Shown: positions 46,377 through 60,059 of the stretch, piece after piece
Numbering within the stretch: position 1 is the stretch's first letter
Layout: the number at the start of each line of letters is the position of its first letter
NCBI GenBank assembly: GCA_964187785.1
Contig: OZ076409.1
Span: 42,410,001-42,474,000, forward strand
DNA from: Amphiscolops sp. MND2022
Taxonomy: Eukaryota
Reading direction: 5' to 3'
DNA: 64,000 nucleotides
The notes under the pieces: model-generated
Told to the model about the DNA's origin: nothing
Database searches by the model: none
Seen by the model: the letters and a program-made list of their open reading frames with translations, nothing else
Translations under genes and position numbers: made by a program

Positions 46377-49300
46377 TACCCAGAAATATTTTTCTTCAAT
46401 ACTATGACTTAATTACTATGAAAATTAGACTTAATATCCGGAGTAAAGCGCTATATCTGAATTTTTGACTTTATTTCCGAACTGTATTGCGTTTTACTAA
46501 GGATGAGGCGAAGGTTTCAATACAATCACTCCCATTTGAACCAGCACGCAAAGGTGGATGTGGAGGAGGAAGAGGAGGAGACGTAGGATAAAAAAACGCT
46601 CGCAATTGTCTCAGCACGCTATATCCGAGCTTCTGAAGCGTTTTTCGAGCACGAAAGGTACCCTTAAGGTGTTTCGAAACATTTTTCTGAGTTTTTCATG
46701 AAAACGTCCCGGGCATATTTTAAAAACTGCACTTTTTGAGCCTTAGAGATAGCGCCGACTTTAGACGTTCCCGTCTTGTTGGGTTTTAAAGCTTCTTTTG
46801 GTTAATTCTTGACAGTCTAAGACTAGACACAAAAATCTAGGGTTTTCAAGTAATTGCCTTGTTTTGGAACTCTTGTAATAATAATCGTACACTCCAAAAT
46901 TTGCGAACTTTGCTGTTTATCACGGTCAAAATTGGAAAACATGCGTTTTATGGAAGCGTTTTGAGGCACTTTTGTAACAACTTCATTTTATTCAAAAAGC
47001 CAACTGAATAGCAAGCTCTTTCCAAGAACTTTTGGTCATTTCCAGAAAAGTTCATATGTCTCTACAGTTACATTTTCCACGAAAATATTTTTGAAAGTTG
47101 AATTCTGTGGAAGAACGTCTATAATTTGGGTACAAGAATGAATCATGGCAGAATGTTTTTTTTAAAAAAACGATAAAAATCTTAGGTGCCCATGGTATTT
47201 TTTAAATTGTATCTTGGGATGTGTTGAGTATACTTTCTGTCATAACTGTCATGAAAAGACAAGTTTAATTTTTGGTATCGGGAACGGTTTCTCAAAATGC
47301 AAAATGATGCTATGCTTCGAGGCAATGAAAATAGTTTCTGATGTTCCACATATTCACGATTTTTAGCAACAATTTCTTTGCTTTGAATCTTTCAAGTGTC
47401 GAAGATAATAAAATAAATCTTTGTGACTTGTTTTTTAGAAGAAATTGTTCTCTAAATGTCATTACCTCAAACAAATTTGGTAATTTCGTGCAAGAATCAG
47501 CTCACGTTAGTTGGATTTCAACTATTGAACTGATCAGAAAAGAATTGAGTTGGGAGAACGGTGATTTTTGCACAAAAATTGATGGCATGATAAGCGTACA
47601 GGTTAATGTATAGGTTAATGGTGCAAGAGTACTTCCTCATGATTGAGACGAATTTAGTTGGTGCTTTGCAAATTTGAGTGGGAATAGGCGATGGTCGAGT
47701 TGAGTTGAGTAGAGATGATTGAATGGACCTACAGGATGTAATTAGAAATTCATCGCATATTGTCATATCTAATTCAGATTAGTTGAAAAACTCGCTCCTA
47801 TCTTGAAAACACTTGAAGAATCTTTCGCTCAAGGATTTCTTTCGTCCAGCGGCTTTCAACAACCTGCCGTGAAATCTTATCTGCTCACTCTAATTTACGT
47901 TTTCTTCCTGATTTTATAATTTCCCTCAGTTTTGTGTTAGAACAACATCAATTTGTACAAAATATTTGCTTGAAAGGTTATCTTCAAACCTTTCAATGAG
48001 TAATGAATGATACTACAGCTCTAACGCCTCAAAAATTTTCACCCCATCCGTTTGTTTATTTTTTCAAATGTGAACAAGCTCGCAGGCAAAAGGGTTGTTG
48101 ATTGAACGTTTTTCCAAACAATTGGGAAAATGTTTGACAATAATTAAATCTTGTAATTTTTTGAATATCAATTTTTTATACTCCAGAAATTTGTAGGTTA
48201 TAAGTGGATTTAGAAGGTCTAATTAACCCTCCAATGGCTAAAAAGTAAGCATAATTTTCCTTAATGATCTCTTGGAAAATAGGTGTATCTTAAGTACCTC
48301 GTTTACTTGAAGTCGCCATTTTATTTTCAATCATACGTCCGATGGCGCCATAGCTGTAAGCGAGTATTGCGCATTTACCATTTTGAAGACCCTTGACTCT
48401 ATACGATGCAACTTTTGTACTGCTCCTTGCTCTAACGAGATCACCTTTATTGTTACCCATGGAATAATTTATTTTCCTGAAAAGCTGCAAAAGGCACTCT
48501 TCAAAACTTAAAGATGATCATTTTCATCACTGTTACCTTATATATCCAAATGCATACATACACTTGAAGACAGGCGTTAATTGTGAAAATGTTAATTTGA
48601 AATTCAAATTGTACTAAAAAGAGAGGTTCTTTTTTAAAACTTTATCAGGAAGAGAAAATAATTCTTTTGCGGCAGATACTTTTTCAACGAATGAACAGTT
48701 TTCAATAATAAAAAAAAGCACAAGATTGCCAAATTTCGAGAATAACTTCATCGGGAAATCTTCAAAAGTTTCTATTTATAAAAATATCAGCTAAATTTAG
48801 CAAAATTTTTTGAATGGTTTTGTTGGGAAAATACAATTTTGGGGTAAAACATTCAAAATTTTATTCGTTATTTCGGTTCGCGTACATGAAAACATGGCGC
48901 GCATTGTTTCACGCATCAGTGCTCATTCTAGCAGCGTGTATCGATCTGGATATAAGGCTGGTTAGTTATAACTAGTTAGTTAAAGAAGCTGGCTACAGGA
49001 AGAGGTGGCGAGGCGCGGTGTTGGAATTTAGCAGCAGCCAGAGCAGCAGTGCTGAGATGACTGGCTAGAAGGTTTGGATTTGGACTTCTAAGACACTGGC
49101 TCTCTCTATTTCTGTGTAGGAATGGAGGAGAGCGTAATGCAATGCAGTATTGTAGTGTTGGGAAGATTTCCTAATTAACTAACTGAATTATCCAGTCGGA
49201 AAATCCCGGAAGAGAAGCGATCTGAATCGGATGAATTGAAATTGGGGAAATGATAATCGGTTTTGATCAAGAGGGCTCTTGAAGACGAGGAAAAGTTAGA

Positions 49301-49552
49301 TTAGGATTGGGTTCGCACAATGTGACTAAAAATTGTGGCAACTCAAGGGTGCTTGAGAGGCGCTCACGACACCTCTGACTATAGAGCTTATCTCGAATTT
49401 TTATTAAACAGTTCAATTTTCTTTATTGAGCTATAGTCTTTGTTTGAATGGTCTGTGAAAAGGCCCAAGTTACAATAAATTCAAGAGCTTCACGCTATCT
49501 TAACTATCTTGACTTCGCACTTTCGCTTCTCTGCCTTACTTAGCAACATCAA

Positions 49553-49604
49553 CTCATACCCCCTCATACCCCCTCACAGCCCCTCATATCCCCTCACAAC
49601 CCTT
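49553..49604 (+). repeat. Short 11-bp C-rich minisatellite (CCCCTCAYAHC)
   Basis: Directly visible 4-5 units. Confidence 0.7.
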
Positions 49605-52559
49605 CTGCCCCTGCAACAAATCTATCCCTGTACTCTTCATCCACCAACAACCGTCTGCGTAGCACCCTCACCTACCTGTTCACACACCCAAACATCCTCG
49701 CTCAAGGTCAACATCCCCACTCTTCCTCAAAAAGTGTTGCAGTTTCAATGCAAATCCTGTTCGAAAAATATGCTTTTCCTAAACATCCAAGAAAAATTCA
49801 TTGAACGGTCCAGTAACCATGAAATTAGCATTCAAACTATAGGGCACTTGGACCAGGACAATTTCAGAGATAAATTCTAAATAGTCATACCTACAATCGC
49901 TTCGTGGTTCATAGAATACCGACTAGAAAATCATCAGCCGCAAAGTCTGGAATGTTGACATAAGATCCATTCCATTCGATTAATTGATTGATTTGAATTA
50001 TATAGTCTCCGTCCCTTAGCCCCGAAAACTGGAGCGTAAATCTTAAACAGTCATCGTTTATGTAGCTATTATATAACACCACTATGACGTTAATGCACTC
50101 CGGACCAGAACGAAAACTTTTCTATTAAAAATTGTCGTTACCTTTAAAAAACAACGTAGAAAAAATGAGTGGCAAAAATTATGTATCAAAAGAGAAAACA
50201 TTTAAAAACAAAAAACGTTGACCACTTGGACTGAGAATTCCTTAAACTAAAGTTTTATGGAAATAACTGCAAAAAAAAAACAGATTTGACTGGTCGCACA
50301 CTCTGATTCGTCAGGTGGCTATTTCATCTGGCCATCGTTCTAATAAAAAATGTGAGTGCCAATAACACTGAAGTTCTATATAGATACTTTCAATTATTGC
50401 TTTTTTACGAGTGAATCAGAAGAAGTTTTGGCTTGAGAGTGTTTTGTGTTAAAAGTTAGTCTTAAGATTGTTTTGGAAGTCTTTTGGGATTCGCAGGTTC
50501 TTTGAGATTTGCAGTTCTTCGAAGAAAAAACGGAGTTTTCAAACCTGATTACATGGTAATATTGACTATCACAAAATTTCGATTCTCAAAGTATTTACAG
50601 GACTTTCTCAAATGTACCTTTGAATGTAATTCCACCCAAAGCAAGATCGGCATTTCAACGTTTTATAGAATATACATGTTCCACGGGAGAAGGTCTCCGT
50701 TTTTTTTCCTTGCAGCTTCACTAAAAAATCTGCCAAGTGTACCAAGCAATCTTTGAGAACCATAACGATTTTTTTTCTATTTCAATCATGGCTACATAAG
50801 GCTGACCTTAAAAATTCGAGATGAAAAAACACGACCATGATAAAACGTGCGGTATATTTTGTAAGGATTCCTACGTAGCGTGAGCTAGACAAACGTATCT
50901 TCGCCACGTTAACACTCAGCTAGAAAACGAAGAGTTGTTGAAAAACGTCTGAAGGGACTTAAGGTAGAAGCAATTAGACAATGTGTCTTTTTGAGAAATC
51001 TCGAAAGCTTAAGAGTGAATGTTAATGTTGCCTCTCTAGATGTTAAAACAATGACGATGGCTCTGAGCATTCAAACTTGAAACGACAGGATAGATTTTTA
51101 TCCACGCTGATGGTAAACGGTGTGTAAACCGTAGTGGTAAGCGGCAGAGATGCATTAAAAATAATCCGAGAGCAATTGTTACTATTGAGTCAATTGAATA
51201 GACGAGTGAGTATGTTATGACATGAATTGAGATCTTCATTTTTAGATAGTCGTACAATCAAGTACACACTGCACGCGTTATTACTGTACAAAAATTGTTT
51301 ATCGTAGCTTTGCGCTTCTTGAGCAAAGATGACGTGCAATCTGCGATTTTTCAAGAGCCCTCCAAATCCATTCACTTTCACCGGCCGAGCTCTCTTTCAA
51401 GTGTCTGGGATATCTTTAAAGCTAGCCAAACATATTCCTTGACTCCATCTCACTAGCTCTTATTCTTGCTAACTTTTCCCATCGCTCCCATCTCTTACAT
51501 AACACTTACATAACATTTTCACTTTCCGCAAATCTTCTACATGCCAAAAGATCATATTAACCATAGCTCAACGCTTCCACTTGTACGCACTACATTGCAG
51601 TTTATAATTCAGTTGTAGATATTTAACTAACATAAAAACAATTTTCCAAAACTACTGTAGAGCGGCTTGCTAGATTTTCATACATCCAACTGCCCTCGTT
51701 TTTTTGTTCAATTTTTTTCTTCCATTGTCCAAAAATGTCCAGTACAGCGCGGCATTTTGTAATCTTTGTAGTTTGTTCATATTTAATGATGATCATAACA
51801 ACCAGTTAGTTGTTAATGCATAATTCAAAAGCACATACCAAGAAACAAAACAAACAAAACACTTTCTATGTTGCTTCATTCGAGTCAGCTGCACTGCAGA
51901 TCCCAGACAACTCGTCCCCAAACGCATTTGTCCCATTTTTCATCACAATCCATGCTAGCTCCTGCAAAACTTTAGTGGGTCTAAATGTCCGACCCACTTT
52001 TAATAGCTAAAAGTGGATACAAGTTGAAAATAATTGCAATTAAATCCAATCCACCTGAAGTAGAAAAGGGTCAAGCGATTATAGCCAGGGGCTAACTACT
52101 GCTTGTTAGCTTACGAAGAAACAAAAGAATCCTTACAAGCTAAATCCAAAACTTCCTAGTACATTTTAATTGCTTTTAAAATTTTTGTTTTCAGATCTTT
52201 TGTCGGAATTTCGCTAGCATTTACATTGAAACATCAAGCAGTGTGCAGGTGCCTTCTCAATTCAAACTGATATGTAATCCGTATCGTTGTTGCAAAATAG
52301 TTTCGCCCACTTTGCAAATGCCTTGAGAGAAAGCAACTTACTATTAATTAGTTTTTTGCCGATATTTCCATATAGGAAAGACGAATTATAGACCGAGCCG
52401 CGTTTTTCTTCAATTTTTGTCCAATTTTGACCCAGAAGATAGAAGTTGTTGCACAGAATTCAATTATCGTAAAAGTAGGTACGTTGCATAAATATTCGTG
52501 GAGATAATTGTACTTTTTCTTTGAAAAAGTCCACCAAGTGTTCGAAGCCATGTAACGAA

Positions 52560-52700
52560 GCCATGTCATGATCATATTTAATCTTGCTAAATCATGGTGA
52601 ACAGTGGTTCCCTTGTCAAGATCATGGCAAGATCATGGTAAAATCATGGCAAGATCATGGTAAGATCATGGCAAGATCATCCTAAGATAACCATGGTAAG
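52560..52700 (+). repeat. 11-bp minisatellite (AAGATCATGGY)n
   Basis: Directly visible; related and inverted units at about 53238-53380. Confidence 0.85.
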
Positions 52701-53530
52701 ACACGTAAGCTGCTTTTAATTGTTTATTTTATTCATTTCAACAAAAATTTGTTGTCGTATCCAATTTTTGATATAACTGTTGTGATAATTCCGGACATAA
52801 CCTTTATCTATCTAAAAGAGTTTTTTAATACTTATTTAAAACTTCTCAATAATTTGCACCTAATAACCTAGTTTTGGTACTTCAGAGCACGCCATTGTTA
52901 CTACTATAATAATTTATCATACAAAGGAAATTCTCCAAATCAAGTATTTGCAACTTCCGGGTTTGCGATGTAACGTCAACCAGTTGGCACCCAAAATTCG
53001 ATGAAAAGTCAAAAAGTGTGCGATTCAAAATGGCCGACCTGGCAGGTCCTTGAAATCAAAAAAGACGCAAGAAGACCTTCTTTTCTAGTCATGATTTGTT
53101 AATCTTGCTAATAGCTCACCAATTGAGGTAACGGGTTGAAATTACTGAAGTTCGAGAAGGTAAAAGAAACAAAGCCATAAAAGTGAATAGAATTTGAAAA
53201 TAAGAGGTATCAATTATCCGAACGTTTTGCTAATGGTACCATAGATTCCTTGCCAAGATCATGGTTAATCATAGGTACCACCCTTTGTACCATCTTGCAT
53301 GGTCATGGAATCCTTGCCAAGATCATGACAAGATCTTGGCAAGGCTTGCTATTAAGTTGCCATGGATCTTGGCAAAGATACAACGGCTTCGAACTCCAAA
53401 AACGGCAGTTTTTACCCGAAGGATGCAAAATCAGCTCATGGTCATGGTCGCCTGTCCCGGGCAAACACCCATATCATGTGTTCCTCCCACTCTAAAGATT
53501 ACGGCGACAATGGTGAGAGCTTGTCGTTAC

Positions 53531-54115
53531 ACACTAGTTTTTGATCCCAAAATGGTCTCCTTGGGGGACTTTTCTATCGTCTAAGGAGGATTCTCTAGTT
53601 AGAGCTCCGAAGCGACGTGCCGGAACTCTCAAAGCCCGGACACGCCCCACAAGCTCGTAAAAGCGAGTCCTAGGTTCCTATTATACATTCCTGCCACCTC
53701 CTACATACTTCCGAGGTCCAAAAATGTGTCTAACTGAAATACATTGTATTTGGGGAATAAATTCTAAAATACAGATCTAGTAGATCGAACATCACCAAAT
53801 ACCTGCAAACGGTGATCATTCCTCATCTTCGGGGCACAATGGTCTCATTTGGCATTTTTCTGCCGAAACCCTGTCTTTTTGCTGTCAGACGGCACAATTC
53901 CTGCTTCTTTCGCCTTCTGGGTGATGACATGTCGGATAGTCACGTTCCTGGGTCGGGGTGGGGTCTGCTTTTGTCTTTATTTTGCTTCCTCTACGGTTTT
54001 CGTACCTGCCGGGTCGGCCATCTTGAATGTGCTTGTTTGATACCGTACATTTCGAATTTTTGATCAAAATTTTCAAAAACTTCTGCAACGTCCCTTGCCT
54101 GACGTTACAGTCTTT
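53531..54115 (+). repeat. Family C copy
   Basis: Matches 664-1320; a reverse fragment is at about 57088-57259. Confidence 0.8.
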
Positions 54116-55177
54116 TCTCATTTTTTTGAAACACCTGAACCAGCCAAAATACTTCTACAAGTTCTTCAAATTTTCGCTAGAAAAGGGTCTACCTTTAGAC
54201 TTTTTTCGGCACTGTGCGACTTTTTTTGAGTTTTAATTTAATTTTTTCTCAAACCTAAACCCCATTCCTCGATGTTCAGCACAACGTTTTGCGAGGATAA
54301 ATAGCTACTTTTATTTTTTGACACTACACAACCTCAAAAAGCAAAATTGAGAAAAAATTCGAAAAGATTTGAATAGCTTATTCACAATTTTCTTCTGCTT
54401 TTGTGGTTTTTTGTACAGGAAAATGTTTCCCGAGTCTTGGGTTACTTCATCATTGTTACTTTTTAATCCTGTGGAACTGATGCGGTTTCTTAGTGATTGT
54501 GGCAAAGACCTTTTCTAGCTTCTTTTCGCCTCTGTGCATCTTCTTTTTCCGAAACTTTCATTTTAGTCAAAGTGTACCCACTCGCGTTCATTGCTGATTT
54601 CGGCATGAGAAAAAGTAGTTTTGCGAGATGAAAGCTTTTTTTCGGTACTATGAGACTTTTCAAAAAATTCGAAGAAAAATACCTTTCAAAAAATGGGTTT
54701 TATCAATATGAAAGTATCTATTAAGCAACTTGCAAGCTGTGCATGGTTGTTTTTTCTTGGTGGAAACTGTTAGCTCCGATTATGTAAACTTTCTTAAGGT
54801 ATTTCACAGAGCTGCATGCAGGATTTTTTTTATAAAAATGAAAACTAGATATTTCAGTGAACTTCTGGTGGTAAATCTCTCCAGATAACACTGGAGTTTC
54901 AACTTTTGAGACTTGAATCAAAAATATTTGCCGCTTCGTTACTAATTCGATTACGTTGTCTTCACCCTTTGTGTTCTCAGCTACTCATCTGATGTGATTA
55001 CCACTCATCAATTAGCACGCTCAAGATGGAGCTATTTCGCAGTTTATAACGTGAAAGAAGTTATTTTACATTGAATTGACGGTAAAATTCATAACGTCTC
55101 AGCTGCATTCAACAACAGTACTGATGAAAAATGTTAGGACCTAAAGTTGCCGCAAATATTAGAACAAAGTTGGAATA

Positions 55178-55237
55178 TTTCGAACCCACGATCTCCTGTC
55201 TGCCAGGTGGACGCACTACCAACTGGGTCACGGTGAC
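55178..55237 (-). other. tRNA-derived (SINE-head-like) fragment
   Basis: Reverse strand GTCACCGTGACCCAGTTGGTAGTGCG...GTGGGTTCGAAA has A-box and B-box at tRNA spacing but no complete acceptor stem. Confidence 0.5.
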
Positions 55238-56083
55238 TAAAATATCCACATTCTAGATGGTGTAATAAAATGGAAAATTGGCAGATTTATTCCACAGATG
55301 GTGATTTTCCTCCCCCTACACAATAAAATGTGGGGCGGAAAATAATGAAAGTGGTAATCAAGAAAAACGATCTGCAATTCGTTTTATTGTTAAACTCTCA
55401 GCAAAAAAAATAATCACGCAAGCTCAAAGTCGACTCAATAATTGCACACTGCAACATTTGAACCACCTATTCCTGCTTCAAGTGACATGCCAATTTAGTA
55501 TCGCAGACTGTCTACCCTTTCCGTCATCGTCGCATTCGTGTCGAAAAAATAAGAATTGACTATAACAATCTGATGGTTTTGCACTCGATCGTTTCTTGGC
55601 AAAAACGTCTCCCCTCGCTCTTCAAAAAGAAGACTAGCTGCTAACGCGGCTTGGCAACCAATCGCAGTCCACGGTCACCGATGGACCACCGAGTTGGTAT
55701 CTGCAGCTTTTGCCGTGGTAATCGGTGGTCCACCAGTGGAAGCATTGTATGTTTTATACAAAAAATCCTCAAAGTTTTGTTGCAGACAAAACTTAAACGG
55801 AGTACCATAATGGAACAAACCTGTTTGAAATTGCCCCCAGAAAGTTTCCTGACTTTTTCGAAAGCAACCACGATCTATTAGTCTAGTAGCTCTAAATAGT
55901 GCTAAAACTGATGTCAGCATCTCAAAAAATGAATCAGTCACGCAAAAAATTACGAATTGACAACCTGACATAATCAATTGCACACGCCAAAACTTTGAAG
56001 TCTTCAAGAATCTATCCTGATCATAAACTAACCTATCAAGTGGATATTCGTTAGTTTACAAACAAGGTTTTTCAATGACTTTA

Positions 56084-56551
56084 TTTTTAGTCGGCGCTTT
56101 TCCTGAAAAGAGCCGACTATAGTCATGGCTTTTCGTCAGAGTTTTTAAAACCACCTGAAATGACCAAAATAGTTCTACAAAAAGTTCTACAAAATTTTGA
56201 GAAGACGCCAAATTGTACCTGTTGGCTCAAGGAATTGAACCAAAAAGGTTTCCCGCGTAACATACAATACCGGACGAGACCAAAGAATCCCCCCTTTAGA
56301 TTTTTTTCAGCACTGTGCTACTTTTTTCAAAACATTTTTTCCACCAAAGGGTCCCCCTTCAATTATTTTGGAGTTTTGCAACAGAATGGATGTTGAGAAA
56401 TCCCAAAGGGTCCTCCTTTTCAGTTGTTTTCGGCATTGTGAGACTTTTTTCATTAAAGGTTCCAAATTCACCAATACTTTGACATTCTGAAGTCCTTTTG
56501 CTATTTTTGAGCTTTAGATATGGCGCCGACTTGGACCGGTCCCGGCTTGTT
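56084..56551 (+). mobile_element. Family A element
   Basis: TTTTTAGTCGGCGC start; GATATGGCGCCGACTTGGACCGGTCCCGGCTTGTT end. Confidence 0.85.
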
Positions 56552-56697
56552 TTTCATTTTTCATTAAGGGTGTTTGAAAATCAAGGTTTGTAACATGCGA
56601 ACCAAAACAGGGATCATGAGCAAGAATGGCAATCTTGTAACTGAGATAGGGAACCGATGAGAACTACTGTTCTGATTGCGTTCTGATCACCCACACC

Positions 56698-56871
<174 letters not shown>

Positions 56872-57261
56872 ACATATTCTGTAGAAAACGAAACACCCCC
56901 GTGTAGTGCAATCTCGTGTCTTTTACTTGGACTGTTCCGCAGGTCGGAAACTTGCAGATAATTCAATGTTTAACTGCTAAATTCCTGTGTAATTATTGAT
57001 TTACAGATGTTTGGAATTGTATGATCTGCCAGATCCTTTATTTCCAACAATTTTACCAAACATGAAGTACTTTAGCTAATTGTCGATTTAGACCTCAGAA
57101 GTGTGTAGGAAGTCTCAGGTACGCTAGAAACCCGTTTTTACATGCTTGTGGGATGTGTCTGGACTTTGAATGTGCCAGCATGTCGCCTCGGATCTCTAAA
57201 TTGAGGAGTCTCCCCGACGTTAGAAAACTGCCCCAAGAGTCCGTTTTTGGGAGAAGAACTT

Positions 57262-57629
57262 ATTATTTTCCGACCCCACATTTTAAAAATGGGGGAGGAA
57301 AATCATGATCTGTGACGCGTTTTTTTTCCGAATTTTGCCAAATCTCCACAATCTCCACCTTTTGATTACTTGACTATTTTATATAGTTACTAGTAACTAA
57401 AATAGCATACAGCCGGAATAATATCTAAAGTCAAAAAAGGGAATAAGATCTAAAAGGAATGAGATCTAAAATTTCAGGGCGGGAATAAGATCTAAAAAGA
57501 ATAAGATCTAAAATCACTAAATTTTAGATCTTATTCTTTAGATCCTATTCCCCCTCCCAAAATAGCTATGGCTCAGTTGGTGAAGGCGAACAGGGCGGAA
57601 AATATCCCGGTGCTTAGCTAGCGCCTTGT
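57262..57629 (+). mobile_element. Family B DINE-like element, short copy
   Basis: ATTATTTTCCGACCCC start; GGGCGGAAAATATCCCGGTGCTTAGCTAGCGCCTTGT end. A reverse 5' end of the same type lies at 55303-55344 and a reverse 3' end at about 41850-41950. Confidence 0.62.
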
Positions 57630-58879
57630 ATAACGTTCACCTGCCATCCATTGAAAAATGCGTTCAAGGAACTAGAATTCGCGATTTTCAGTCAAATGCC
57701 GCGGATCGCTTTCGTGTCTTTGAAAAGACCTGTCTGAAGAAATGCAAAGTATCAGAATCTCATTTTGTCACGATACCCATGCCCAGACAGAGAACGAATC
57801 AAAATAAAATCGCAGAACGGACCTGTGAAGACTCAGTTGGCAAAACTGCTAATTACGCGAGGACGGACTTTGCACAAACTGGCGCTTTCCTTAGCAAATT
57901 GCTACACATGGTGATAATTACCTAAATGAGACAGTTCGCCTGAGCAAGCATACGTGCTTTTGCTCCCCTGATAATTGCCAAATTGCTGTATAATGCCAAC
58001 TGTGCTGTAATTTATCGTTTTCTCGTTGTATTAGCTCGTGAGCTACGATTTCATGTCTTGTACCCAGAAGAAATTCACATTTAACACCACCCTACCTTAA
58101 TTTTTTAAGGGCTGTCTAAGCGGTAGTTTCAACGGAAAGGGGTAATTCACGTTACTGACAGCAATTAAAGCCGGCGGGTACTCCACAGAAACGGAATTCT
58201 CCTGTGACGGGCAGTTTTGACCATAAGGAGGCAAAATTGATCCATGGTTATGGGCACTTGTCCCTAGCAAATACTCATGCCATAGGTTCCTGCATCTCTA
58301 TCAACGGAGAAGCAACGGTAGCAGCTTGCCGTTATATTTTGTTTAGGGTTGAATATAGACTATGGTCTCCTGTTCAGGCAACATAAGCATAGTCCCAGCT
58401 CTAGCTCCTTTTGCTGGACGCTATATTAAGTTGAGTGAAGTTTTCCATTTTCAGTGAAATCTTCGAAACCTCCCAAATAGTTATTTTTGTCTCAAAAAAA
58501 CTTGTGTCAATTACGATTTATTTGGAGAAAAACATCCCATAGTTGACACCGTTCAAAAGCCCAAGCGCAAATTCTTCTTAAATGAGCTCAGAAGAGGTAT
58601 TTAAGTAGAATGTGAAGATAAAGTCACACCTTGTCGGAAAAACAAATAGGCGACCTTTTGATCTCATAGAGAGATGGAAATGTAACGAAATTCAGCAGGT
58701 AAAGTTTTGAAAGGAGTCCGTTTCGATTGAATTTTGTCCTTAGCTTTGTTGATACAAGCATTGTTCTAGATTCGACTATTTGACTCCATCTAGAATGTGC
58801 TATTTCAAAGTTACCTCTCAAAATATAAAGCGACAAAATACCAGAACGTATTAATGTTTTGTGAAACATTAAACGGTAT

Positions 58880-59922
58880 GTGTTTTCATCTCAGATTCAT
58901 CTCACCCCAGATTCATCTCACCCCAGATTCATTTCACCGCACGTTCATTTCACCCGAACATTCTATTTATTCAAAAGTGTCTCACCTTAACCAAATAACA
59001 ACTAGAACTTCATGTGAAAGTGCTCATTGGTTTGATTGACAGGTTATTACTATATTTAAGTCCGGATCTCTTAAAAGCAAAGTTCAATTCAAAGCTTCCC
59101 GTATTGACACTGCATGTAATGCGAGCGGACGTGCACATGGACCATGCATGTAGTTTACATGGATCATGCATGGCAATTGCATGGATTTACAGGGGCTCTC
59201 ATTATAATGAGGACGTATATGTTCAGATATCTTCAGTAAGCCCTGATGGTTCATAACATCCGTAACTGAACCGAACCCGTCATGAGTAACAAAGACTTTC
59301 ACTTTTACCTGACCCAGAAGTTATGGATAACTATATTATTGAACAAATCCCAGGAGTCGCAACCAAATATTGAATAATATTATTGATGTGAAATCCCATG
59401 CATTGATCATGCTTGGTTCATGCGATTCCATGCGAAATGCATGCAATTCCTCTGAGATAAGTGTATCACCCTCTTAACGCGGTTTTTCAAAGGTCATATA
59501 TGCCTTCGGTAGATTCAGCTGGGTGTTATTTTTTTTAAAATTTCGTTAATTCCATGCATGGATCATGCATGGTCCATGCGATTCCATGCGAAAAGAGAGC
59601 ATGGCCATGTACATGGACCATGTATGGAAGTACATGGTGCGCCGACGCAGGTTGTTTACTATCTGGCTGTCCCGAAAACGAAACACGTGAACATGTTGCT
59701 GGAGAGAGGTTCGCGTCTTTCTTGTCTGAAGATTTTATAACGCACTGAAAATTCATTTAAAACAGTTGAAAGGAAAAGTGAATGTTTTCCAGTGCCTCGT
59801 TTCTAAATGTTACTATTTCGAAGAACCATTGTAATACTTAACATGAGATGCATTTGAAAAAAATATGGAATGAAATAATTCTTGGTTGAAATGATATGAG
59901 TGAAATGAACGTGGGGTGAAAC
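58880..59922. mobile_element. Probable MITE with 15-bp subterminal repeats and CATG-rich interior
   Basis: Left TTTCACCGCACGTTCATTTCACCC versus right GAGTGAAATGAACGTGGGGTGAAA; three CATG clusters inside. Confidence 0.55.
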
Positions 59923-60059
59923 TAGACTTTACTGTAAACGAAATAAACAAAATTAAGCAAAGTTAAACAAAAAAGCGTTTAAATTTTTTTAAAAAGAACA
60001 AAATTGGTTGAAAAGTTCAGCCTCCGTCATAATGAGGCGCTAGTCAAGAGTGACGCTTC

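Larger units (their letters stand above)
44475..46780 (+). mobile_element. Family A element interrupted by a TIR MITE
   Basis: TTTTAGTTGGCGCC start; GCGCCGACTTTAGACGTTCCCGTCTTGTT end; the 3' part matches 1960-2166. Confidence 0.78.

Noticed and set aside
50800..51430. Possible decayed transposase or other coding relic
   Set aside because: Coding-like composition, but no diagnostic motif could be read
55178..55237. Functional tRNA gene
   Set aside because: T-arm and acceptor stem are incomplete
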